Source: a virus. Taken from it: a DNA stretch of 64,000 nucleotides. The stretch spans positions 1-64,000 of the IMG/VR virus record IMGVR_UViG_3300042197_000966; one strand, given 5' to 3'. The stretch's first letter is position 1; every line of letters starts with the position of its first letter. Shown here piece by piece: positions 56,711 to 64,000 of this stretch. The notes beneath the pieces were generated by a model. That model had not been told where the DNA came from, searched no databases, and saw only the letters and a list, made by a program, of their open reading frames with translations. Both the position numbers and the translations under genes were made by a program.

Positions 56711-57871
56711 ATGTCAGATATGCTAAACGAAAAGTTTGAAGAGTTTGTTGCTGAGCAAAAAGTTATTCTGGAAGCTGGCGATCCAATGCCGACTGTTCAA
56801 GCTTCTGTGATCCCTGGTGCTGGCAGCGACCCTTCACAGGTTTCTGACGTTCAGACTGCGAAGGCTGGCGGAAAGGATCCACAACCAACCGTCCAACCTT
56901 CGGTTGCGATCGGTCAATCAGCTCCTGCTGATCTTGGCGGTTCAACTTCCGCGCCACTTCATTCCAACGATGAAGATGGTGAAGAGAACCCAGGTGCGAA
57001 AGCAGCAGCACCTATCTCGCAAATTTCTGGTGATCCTCAGTTCGCAGCAAAGAAAGATGCTGGCGATCAAGGAACTCAACCAACAGTAAATGTTGCCGCA
57101 GCATACGGCATCACTAAGATGGGCGGAAATGTCACATATCCAATCAAAGCTGGATTTGAAATTGACATGACCGACGACGTAAATGCTCTCCTTGAGGGCA
57201 CTGAACTCTCTGAAGAGTTTGCTGAGAAAGCAAAGACAATCTTTGAAGCAGCAGTAACAGCAAAACTCAACGCAGAGTATGACAAGCTTGTAGAGCACTT
57301 TGCCAATGAACTAGATAAGCAAGTTGAAGAAATCAAGAACGAACTTGCTGAAGAAGTTAATGGCACTGTGACCTACGCCATTGGTCAGTGGATGGAAGAA
57401 AATCAAGTTGCCATTGACCGTGGTATCAGAAATGAGATTACCGAAGACTTCATCGCAGGTCTCAAGGGTCTCTTTGAAGAGCACTACATTTCGATCCCCG
57501 ACGATAAAGTTGATGTGGTCGAAGGTATGGCTGAATCAATTCGTGAAATGGAAGAGCGCCTCGACGAACAGGTTAAGGCTAATGTGAAACTACAAAATCG
57601 TCTGAATGAGACTGCCAAAATCAACATTCTGAACATTGTTTCGGAAGGACTAGCAGATACTCAGAAAGAAAAACTTGCAGCACTTGCTGAAGGTTTAGAT
57701 TTCGTTTCGGAAGAAGATTTCTCCAGAAAGGTGAAAACCATTAAGGAGTCATACTTCAAAGAATCAATCGCAACTCCAGCAGAAACTGTAGATGAAACAC
57801 CAGTGGAAGGTCAGGAAGTATCACCAGCAATGGCAGCATACCTCCAGGCACTAAACCGCTGGGGTAACTGA
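56711..57871 (+). CDS. gp22: Prohead core scaffold protein gp22
   Basis: LSEEFAEKAKTIFEAAV and GLKGLFEEHYI motifs. CATAAATA box at about 56663 and a GAGG RBS. Confidence 0.93.
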   Translation: MSDMLNEKFEEFVAEQKVILEAGDPMPTVQASVIPGAGSDPSQVSDVQTAKAGGKDPQPTVQPSVAIGQSAPADLGGSTSAPLHSNDEDGEENPGAKAAAPISQISGDPQFAAKKDAGDQGTQPTVNVAAAYGITKMGGNVTYPIKAGFEIDMTDDVNALLEGTELSEEFAEKAKTIFEAAVTAKLNAEYDKLVEHFANELDKQVEEIKNELAEEVNGTVTYAIGQWMEENQVAIDRGIRNEITEDFIAGLKGLFEEHYISIPDDKVDVVEGMAESIREMEERLDEQVKANVKLQNRLNETAKINILNIVSEGLADTQKEKLAALAEGLDFVSEEDFSRKVKTIKESYFKESIATPAETVDETPVEGQEVSPAMAAYLQALNRWGN

Positions 57872-57909
57872 TAATTTATTAATCCCTCAATTTTCAACGG
57901 AGCAAACCA

Positions 57910-59334
57910 ATGTTTAACGCACAAGCTCTAACCGAAAAGTGGGCACCTGTTCTAGGTCATGAAGGCGCTGGCGCTATCAAGGACAATTATAGAAAGGCTG
58001 TTACCGCTGTTCTGTTAGAAAACACAGAAAAAGCACTACGCGAAGAGCGTGGTATGATCAACGAAGCATCCAACACTGTTGGTGCTATCGGTTCTAACGC
58101 ACTTTCGGGTAGCGCACTAGGAACCCAAACTGGTGGTCTCGCAGGTTTCGATCCTGTCATGATCTCCCTAATCCGCAGAGCAATGCCTAACCTCGTTGCT
58201 TATGATATCTGCGGTGTTCAACCAATGAGCGGTCCTACTGGACTAATCTTCGCAATGAAGTATCACTATCAGGAAAATGGTTCAGCTCTTCGTGCTGGTC
58301 CAGAAGCTCTCTACAACGAGCCTGATAGCAACTTCTCTGCTTCTTCAGCAGGTTCTGCTGTTTATAACCAGACCAACGCTGCTGGTGGCGACGACACTCA
58401 CCCAAGAGGTGATGGTGGTACTACCGATGCTAACCCTGGTCTTCTAAACGACAGCGGCACCTACGAGCGTGGCGCAACCGCTATTCCTCGTGAAACCGCA
58501 GAAGTTCTAGGTTCTGGCGCTACTCTCTTCAACGAGATGAGCTTCAGCATCGAGAAGACTTCGGTACAAGCACGTACCAGAGCACTCAAGGCAGAATACA
58601 CCCTAGAACTAGCACAAGACCTCAAGGCAATCCATGGTCTTGATGCTGAGCAAGAGCTCGCTAACCTACTCTCCAGCGAAATCCTCGCTGAGATCAACCG
58701 TGAAGTTGTAAGAACAGTTTACACCGTTGCTAAGCCTGGTGCTCAGAACAACGTTGCTAACGCTGGTATCTTCGACCTCGACGTTGACTCAAACGGTCGT
58801 TGGTCAGTTGAGAAGTTCAAGGGTCTTATGTTCCAAGTTGAGCGCGATGCTAACGCTATTGCTCAGCAAACCCGTCGTGGTAAGGGCAACTTCATCATCA
58901 CTTCTGCTGATGTTGCTTCTGCTCTCGCTATGAGCGGCACCCTAGACTATACCTCTGGTCTCTCTGGCGCTGGTGGTCCTTCCATCGGTGAAGTAGATGA
59001 CACTGGTAACCTCCTTGTCGGAACCATGAACGGCAGAATTAAGGTCTATGTTGATCCTTATTCAGCAAACGTTTCCAGCAACCACTACTATGTTGTTGGT
59101 TACAAGGGTTCTTCACCATATGACGCAGGTCTATTCTACTGCCCATATGTTCCCCTCCAGATGCTCCGTTCGATTGATCCTAACACCTTCCAGCCTAAGA
59201 TTGGCTTCAAGACCCGTTACGGAATGGTTGCTAACCCATTCGTCGTTCAGTCGAATGGCACCCCAGATGCAGAGACCCTCACTGCTAACCGCAACCAGTA
59301 CTACAGAAGAGTACTCGTTAAGAACCTCATGTGA
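57910..59334 (+). CDS. gp23: Major capsid protein gp23
   Basis: LIRRAMPNLVAYDICGVQPMSGPTGLIFA, ELAQDLKAIHGLDAE and FQPKIGFKTRYG motifs. Confidence 0.99.
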   Translation: MFNAQALTEKWAPVLGHEGAGAIKDNYRKAVTAVLLENTEKALREERGMINEASNTVGAIGSNALSGSALGTQTGGLAGFDPVMISLIRRAMPNLVAYDICGVQPMSGPTGLIFAMKYHYQENGSALRAGPEALYNEPDSNFSASSAGSAVYNQTNAAGGDDTHPRGDGGTTDANPGLLNDSGTYERGATAIPRETAEVLGSGATLFNEMSFSIEKTSVQARTRALKAEYTLELAQDLKAIHGLDAEQELANLLSSEILAEINREVVRTVYTVAKPGAQNNVANAGIFDLDVDSNGRWSVEKFKGLMFQVERDANAIAQQTRRGKGNFIITSADVASALAMSGTLDYTSGLSGAGGPSIGEVDDTGNLLVGTMNGRIKVYVDPYSANVSSNHYYVVGYKGSSPYDAGLFYCPYVPLQMLRSIDPNTFQPKIGFKTRYGMVANPFVVQSNGTPDAETLTANRNQYYRRVLVKNLM

Positions 59335-59356
59335 TCCATTCACAATTCAACACACA

Positions 59357-59382
59357 GGGGACCCGAAAGGGTCCCTTTTTTT
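59357..59382 (+). terminator. Intrinsic terminator after gp23
   Basis: GGGACCC-GAAA-GGGTCCC followed by seven T's. Confidence 0.9.
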
Positions 59383-59413
59383 GTAAATAGTAAATAGCAT
59401 TTTTTATTAAGTT

Positions 59414-59578
59414 ATGCCAAGAGGAATGATGAGTAAGGTTGACATGCTAGCAAGAGTATATAAAATGAAAACAGCATTACATGATGGAATTTTTATCAGC
59501 AAAGGTAAAGATTGGAATGATGGTGCTAATTATACTCTGGACAGAATACTAGATATTCTAAACGAATACTACACATGA
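59414..59578 (+). CDS. 54-aa hypothetical protein (not in ORF track)
   Basis: MPRGMMSKVDMLARVYKMKTALHDG...LDILNEYYT. Tandem GTAAATA boxes upstream and an ATGA overlap with the next ORF. Confidence 0.65.
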   Translation: MPRGMMSKVDMLARVYKMKTALHDGIFISKGKDWNDGANYTLDRILDILNEYYT

Positions 59579-59760
59579 ACCAATCGTCACTCATTTTATT
59601 GTTATGTCTGTCGCCACTAGCGATGGTTTTTATTGTAATGAAGATGGCATTGTGGTTAGGTGAGACAGCATCATTTGCTGCCAAGACAAAAGAACTTGAA
59701 AGGATGCAGCATGGTCCATATATTGTTTGGGACGAAGAGGAGGAAGATGAATGGTCTTAG
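59575..59760 (+). CDS. Small membrane protein with acidic tail
   Basis: Hydrophobic N-terminus, C-terminal DEEEEDEW. Confidence 0.6.
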   Translation: MNQSSLILLLCLSPLAMVFIVMKMALWLGETASFAAKTKELERMQHGPYIVWDEEEEDEWS

Positions 59761-59921
59761 ATGATTTGTACAGAAGAGTAGAAAGAGCAAGGATCAATCT
59801 TTTGATGGAAGAACCATGCCCAATGTATGAACCAGAATGGGAAAACAATTATGGCACATCGTATGAAAGAAATATCACCAGAAAGATTAATAACACACAA
59901 AGAATGTCAGGAGATGATTGA
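59751..59921 (+). CDS. Possible 56-aa hypothetical protein
   Basis: MVLDDLYRRVERARINLLMEEPCPMYEPEW... with a GAGGAGG RBS. Overlaps the next ORF by about 70 nt. Confidence 0.4.
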   Translation: MVLDDLYRRVERARINLLMEEPCPMYEPEWENNYGTSYERNITRKINNTQRMSGDD

Positions 59922-60069
59922 TGCTGCTATACGACAGCACAATCGGAATGCTTCCATTATTTCTATGTGCGTTGGTTGGGTTGTCCTTGCTCTATTTGCT
60001 GAAGGATTGCTAAGACTTATTGGAGTTATACCACCAGTACTACCATGGCTCAACATTACCCTGAAATAA
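59851..60069 (+). CDS. Small membrane protein
   Basis: ECQEMIDAAIRQHNRNASIISMCVGWVVLALFAEGLLRL. Start codon uncertain. Confidence 0.6.
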   Translation: MAHRMKEISPERLITHKECQEMIDAAIRQHNRNASIISMCVGWVVLALFAEGLLRLIGVIPPVLPWLNITLK

Positions 60070-60224
60070 TCGGAATTGTTTTCCTATTAGTATTTGCTGC
60101 CACGATGTTCTATCAAGGAACATGTATTCTCAGAGGACAGCGCGGATACTCACTCAGAGATTATCTAAAGCAGGATAGCACTAATATGCGCCGCAGAATG
60201 GAGGAACTACTCAAAGATAAATAA
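60045..60224 (+). CDS. 59-aa membrane-anchored protein (not in ORF track)
   Basis: MAQHYPEIIGIVFLLVFAATMFYQG...RRRMEELLKDK. Confidence 0.6.
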   Translation: MAQHYPEIIGIVFLLVFAATMFYQGTCILRGQRGYSLRDYLKQDSTNMRRRMEELLKDK

Positions 60225-60245
60225 CTAGTAGCTTGGGAAGTTGAC

Positions 60246-60764
60246 ATGGCCGCTGAGTGGTACAAAGAGCAACCAAGGAATAGAAATTTTCTAAATCCAG
60301 TTGGTTATCTTTTGAAATTGGATAAATTTGAAGGAACGGATTTCTTTTGTCAAAGAGCAAACGTTCCTGATATCACTATGCCAACAACAGAGTTTGCGAC
60401 AAGATTTCGCAACCTACCTATTATCCCTGGAGGTGGTGTCACTTTCGGGGATTTTACTGTTCAATTTATTGTTGATGAAGATCTAAAGAATTATTATTCA
60501 ATTCATAAATGGATGCGCGAGAACGGCAGAGCAGATGATGACGCCGATACTCCACCAAAAGAAGAATATAGTAATGCTCAACTACACATTGTAACTTCAT
60601 CATACAATCCCGCATTCATTGTATCGTTTGAGAATATTTTTCCAGTGTCATTGTCTGGTCTAGAATTCAATGCTACAATGACAGATGTAGAATACATTAC
60701 TGCTGAAGTTACATTCAAGCATCAGCGATTTTTTATCCTCAATAAAAACATGAAACCTTTATGA
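60246..60764 (+). CDS. gp3: Tail completion / tube terminator protein gp3
   Basis: NRNFLNPVG, FFCQRANVP, FIVDEDLKNY and FPVSLSGLEF motifs. GATAAATA late box at about 60216. Confidence 0.88.
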   Translation: MAAEWYKEQPRNRNFLNPVGYLLKLDKFEGTDFFCQRANVPDITMPTTEFATRFRNLPIIPGGGVTFGDFTVQFIVDEDLKNYYSIHKWMRENGRADDDADTPPKEEYSNAQLHIVTSSYNPAFIVSFENIFPVSLSGLEFNATMTDVEYITAEVTFKHQRFFILNKNMKPL

Positions 60765-61234
60765 ATTTTGAAACTCTTCGTAATAAATTTGATCAACTAC
60801 GTGAAGAATGGGCAGAGGATAGCGCAGTAGATTTTCAGTTCAAGAACAAACAGTATACCACAGATCTTGGACAACTTGCGTTAGACATCCCTTTCCAACA
60901 CAATAAATACTTAAACCATTACACTGATATCTCACAGATCAAAACTTCTCTGGAGTTTGAAATCAGAAAGCTTGTAAAAGAAAAACGCGAATACTACAGT
61001 GGTGAAGCTGATGCTCGTGTTTACGCAGAAAAACCTTTTGGCGGAAGAATTCAAACTTCCGAAAAAATGAAGACTTACCTAGAGAGTGATGATGAGATTA
61101 TCAATCTTGAGGCGAAGATCAAGTATCTAGACCAGATGTTATACTGGTTAGATCAGGTTATGAGGCAGATTTCAAACAGAGGGTTTCAGATCAAGAGTGC
61201 CATTGAGTGGGAGAAATTTATTAATGGACAATAA
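60761..61234 (+). CDS. uvsY: Recombination mediator UvsY
   Basis: YYSGEADARVYAEKPF and RGFQIKSAIEWEKF motifs. Syntenic gp3-uvsY-uvsW order. Confidence 0.9.
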   Translation: MNFETLRNKFDQLREEWAEDSAVDFQFKNKQYTTDLGQLALDIPFQHNKYLNHYTDISQIKTSLEFEIRKLVKEKREYYSGEADARVYAEKPFGGRIQTSEKMKTYLESDDEIINLEAKIKYLDQMLYWLDQVMRQISNRGFQIKSAIEWEKFINGQ

Positions 61235-62703
61235 TGACCCTCCTATCTGTAAAGAAGAAGAACGAAGTATACGTTACTATCCAATCCACAGAGCCCCATG
61301 TTCATATGGAGCTCTCGGATTATTTTACATTTGAAGTTCCAGAAGCAAAGTTCCTAAAGAAAAATCCTCGTTACAAATATTGGGATGGAACTATTCGTTT
61401 GTATTCTCCTGGAACTGGAGAACTATATGGTGGGTTGATGAAGCACCTTGAGGTGTGGGCAGCGGAGCGTCAATACACTATACAGTACGAAAAGAATGAT
61501 TGGTATGGAGATGTTCAAGAAACTAATGACTTTGTTTCTCCTGCTGGTATCAAAACCTTTATGGACAAGATCACCAGAGAAGGAATTACTCCAAGAGAGT
61601 ATCAATACCGTGCTGTCTATGAGGCGATAAAAAACAACCGTAAGTTACTTCTTTCTCCTACTGGCAGTGGAAAATCTTTGATGATCTATTCCCTCGTCAG
61701 ATACTATACTGCTACCAACAAGCAAACGCTCATCATCGTCCCTACTACGTCCCTCGTAGAACAGATGGTCAATGACTTTAAGGACTATGGGTGGAATGCT
61801 GATGATCATGTTCATAAGATTTACTCTGGTAAAGATAAGAATACTGATAAACCAATTATTATTTCCACTTGGCAATCAATCTATAAGTTTCCTAAGAGAT
61901 ACTTTGATGATTTTGATTGTGTGATTGGTGATGAGGCACACCTGTTCAAATCTAAATCACTCACTGGTATTATGACGAAGCTTCATAATGCGAAGTATAG
62001 ATTTGGTTTCACTGGAACACTTGATGGTAGCAAGACACACAAGTGGGTATTGGAAGGTTTGTTTGGTGATTGTGAGCGTGTGACTAAAACTGATGATCTA
62101 ATCAGAGAGGGTCACCTTTCTAAATTTAGGATCAAAGTGTTACTTTGTAAACATGCTCCTCAATATTTTGACACATACCACGATGAAATTGAGTATCTAA
62201 TACAACATCGTGGAAGAAATAATCTAATCAAAAATCTTGTCAAAGATATAGAAGGTAATACCCTTGTATTGTTCAACTATGTTGAGAAGCATGGGGAACC
62301 ACTTTTTGATTTGATAAATAGCACCATAGATCCCACCAGGAAAATATTTTTTGTTCATGGTGGAACTGATGTTGAGGACAGAGAGGAAGTCCGTCAAATT
62401 ACTGAAACTGAAAACAATGCTGTGATCATCGCTTCATACGGCACGTTCTCAACTGGTATCAACATCAAAAGACTACACAATATTATATTCGCCTCACCAA
62501 GTAAATCGCGGATCAGAAATTTACAATCTATTGGACGTGTATTGCGTAAGGGAGAAGGAAAAGATATCGCAACCTTGTATGACATTGCTGATGATATAGG
62601 TGGTCAAAATTATACACTGAAGCATCTAAACGAAAGAGTTAATATTTACAACGAAGAAAACTTTAAGTATGAGGTCATAAGAGTAAATTTACGAGCAAGT
62701 TAA
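61234..62703 (+). CDS. uvsW: RNA-DNA / DNA helicase UvsW
   Basis: SPTGSGKS, DEAH, GFTGT and QSIGRVLR SF2 helicase motifs. Confidence 0.96.
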   Translation: MTLLSVKKKNEVYVTIQSTEPHVHMELSDYFTFEVPEAKFLKKNPRYKYWDGTIRLYSPGTGELYGGLMKHLEVWAAERQYTIQYEKNDWYGDVQETNDFVSPAGIKTFMDKITREGITPREYQYRAVYEAIKNNRKLLLSPTGSGKSLMIYSLVRYYTATNKQTLIIVPTTSLVEQMVNDFKDYGWNADDHVHKIYSGKDKNTDKPIIISTWQSIYKFPKRYFDDFDCVIGDEAHLFKSKSLTGIMTKLHNAKYRFGFTGTLDGSKTHKWVLEGLFGDCERVTKTDDLIREGHLSKFRIKVLLCKHAPQYFDTYHDEIEYLIQHRGRNNLIKNLVKDIEGNTLVLFNYVEKHGEPLFDLINSTIDPTRKIFFVHGGTDVEDREEVRQITETENNAVIIASYGTFSTGINIKRLHNIIFASPSKSRIRNLQSIGRVLRKGEGKDIATLYDIADDIGGQNYTLKHLNERVNIYNEENFKYEVIRVNLRAS

Positions 62704-62704
62704 T

Positions 62705-63103
62705 ATGGAAGAAGAATTTTATGCGACACTCAAATTAGTTTCTGGGGAAGAAGTAGTAGCAAGAGTTTGCTATCTTCCCGATGAAGACAAAGTTATGTTG
62801 GATAAACCACTAGCAGTTGAAACTGCCAAACAAAAGAAAGGTCACATGGAAGTGACAGGATTTACTTTAAAAGAATGGATCTCAGCTACATTTGATGATA
62901 TGTTTATTATCAAACGAGATCACATCCTCACCATGACTGAACTGGATGAAACTATTGAAGAGTTTTATTTAAAGACAGTTCAGAAAATTGAAAGCGCCAA
63001 AACGCTAGTTGGTAAAGGATCAAAACTTCCTAGAAGATCTGGTTATCTGGGGTCTATCAAAGAAGTTAAAAAATCTCTAGAAGATATATTTAATAAAAGC
63101 TAA
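62705..63103 (+). CDS. Conserved hypothetical protein (possibly Sm-like fold)
   Basis: FYATLKLVSGEEVVA start. Usual position between uvsW and gp55. Confidence 0.7.
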   Translation: MEEEFYATLKLVSGEEVVARVCYLPDEDKVMLDKPLAVETAKQKKGHMEVTGFTLKEWISATFDDMFIIKRDHILTMTELDETIEEFYLKTVQKIESAKTLVGKGSKLPRRSGYLGSIKEVKKSLEDIFNKS

Positions 63104-63130
63104 TATCAACCTTGAACCCTTGACAGAGTT

Positions 63131-63159
63131 ATTGTACTAAGTTTCTGAGGTTCTGTCAA
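63131..63159 (-). promoter_or_regulatory. Near-consensus sigma70 promoter on the minus strand
   Basis: Minus strand reads TTGACA-gaacctcagaaacttag (17 nt)-TACAAT. Confidence 0.6.
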
Positions 63160-63165
63160 GCCCCC

Positions 63166-63194
63166 TTTACATTTGAGTATTGCTATGCTACACT
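63166..63194 (+). promoter_or_regulatory. Sigma70-type early/middle promoter for gp55
   Basis: TTTACA-17 nt-TACACT with an extended -10 TG. Confidence 0.6.
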
Positions 63195-63218
63195 TGATAC
63201 AAATGATGTGAGAACACC

Positions 63219-63728
63219 GTGACATTCGCAGTAATGACAAGAAAAAAACAAACCGAAAATTACGTTAATAACAAAGAGTTTCTTGCTGCGATCAGTGAGT
63301 ACCGATCTAAGGTCATTGCTGCGAAAGAAGCGGGAAAACCACGACCACGAGTAACAAATTATTTGGGTGAATGTTTCTTGAAGATCGCCACACATCTATC
63401 ATACAAACCAAACTTTGTCAATTACATGTTCCGTGAGGACATGATCTGTGATGGCATTGAAAACTGTCTACAGTATATTGATAACTTTGATCCAGAGAAA
63501 TCAACAAACCCGTTTGCTTACTTCACTCAAATCATTTACTACGCTTTCCTTCGTCGTATTCAGAAAGAAAAGAAACAACTTGAGATCAAAGGAAAGATCC
63601 TTGAGCGTTCAGGATATGACGAAGTAATGCACACTGACACATTTGATGGTACAATGTCTGGTATGAACGCATCCTATTCCGACATGGGTACGATCAAAGA
63701 AAGTATTGAAACACGAATGAACCGATGA
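63219..63728 (+). CDS. gp55: Late transcription sigma factor gp55
   Basis: YVNNKEFL, LSYKPNFVNY and NPFAYFTQIIYYAFLRRIQKEKKQ motifs. Start could be GTG 63219 or ATG 63234. Confidence 0.96.
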   Translation: MTFAVMTRKKQTENYVNNKEFLAAISEYRSKVIAAKEAGKPRPRVTNYLGECFLKIATHLSYKPNFVNYMFREDMICDGIENCLQYIDNFDPEKSTNPFAYFTQIIYYAFLRRIQKEKKQLEIKGKILERSGYDEVMHTDTFDGTMSGMNASYSDMGTIKESIETRMNR

Positions 63729-63937
63729 GTGATTATGAATGGATTGATGAATGTTTCCGTGTCGAACAGAAACGCTTTGGAACTTGGACTAGCTACGATA
63801 AAGAAGATAAGGGCATCCTCACCACACTTAGTAAGGAACACCTTATTGATGCGACCCGTTGGTATCTACGAGCAAAACAAGAAGGGTTCTCTGAACCAAC
63901 TACTCAATACGATGGAACAGTTGGAGGTAAATTATGA
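63725..63937 (+). CDS. Conserved small hypothetical protein
   Basis: WIDECFRVEQKRFGTW...YDGTVGGKL. ATGA overlaps on both sides. Confidence 0.7.
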   Translation: MSDYEWIDECFRVEQKRFGTWTSYDKEDKGILTTLSKEHLIDATRWYLRAKQEGFSEPTTQYDGTVGGKL

Positions 63938-64000
63938 AAGTAGCACTAATCACTGATCAACACCTTGATGGACGCAAAGGATCTTTATCATTCTGGAATT
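63934..64000 (+). CDS. gp47: Recombination endonuclease subunit gp47 (3'-truncated by the window)
   Basis: MKVALITDQHLDGRK metallophosphoesterase DxH motif, GGAGG RBS and synteny after gp55. Confidence 0.8.
   Translation, partial: MKVALITDQHLDGRKGSLSFWN

Noticed and set aside
49566-62703. Introns or inteins in gp17, gp20, gp23 or uvsW
   Set aside because: All are continuous and of ordinary length, with no intein or homing-endonuclease motifs.
63120-63148. Plus-strand TTGACA as a promoter -35 element
   Set aside because: No acceptable -10 hexamer lies 16-18 nt downstream. It is the mirror arm of the inverted repeat.
2414-63395. Numerous 60-150 aa minus-strand and alternate-frame ORFs in the track
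   Set aside because: They lie inside long, well-supported plus-strand genes, lack recognisable motifs and are expected shadow ORFs.
63729-63956. 75-aa alternate-frame ORF
   Set aside because: It overlaps the better-supported 63725-63937 ORF and the gp47 start at 63934.
1-64000. CRISPR array, tRNA/rRNA genes, IS elements, integrase
   Set aside because: I saw no regularly spaced repeats, cloverleaf-like genes or transposase/integrase motifs, and intergenic gaps are mostly too short. This was a by-eye check only.

Overview
This window is the virion-morphogenesis region of a T4-like cyanomyovirus. The host is inferred to be Synechococcus/Cyanobium-type from the gene families present. It is AT-rich and all credible genes are on the + strand. 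Gene order: baseplate gp6 (partial), giant gp7, gp8, a VrlC-like structural protein, three fibre-like proteins, an enzyme cassette (U32-like/methyltransferase fusion, two 2OG-Fe(II) oxygenases, a QueG/reductive-dehalogenase-like Fe-S protein), gp13-gp16, a small-gene island, gp17-gp23, small ORFs, gp3, uvsY, uvsW, gp55 and the start of gp47. The main observation is that gp7 and the 2947-aa fibre each carry two domains that align by eye with phycobiliprotein subunits. Three of the four keep a KCxRD(I/L)x(Y/H) motif like the bilin-binding Cys84 site, and all four have a second conserved Cys helix resembling the beta-155 site, which suggests bilin-bearing or light-sensing virions. Also notable are a possible tRNA-wobble or small-molecule modification cassette, a cupredoxin-like domain in a fibre, late promoters embedded in hairpins, an HLR1-like motif, and a near-consensus antisense sigma70 promoter divergent from gp55. 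All assignments come from recalled motifs and synteny; no database searches were run.
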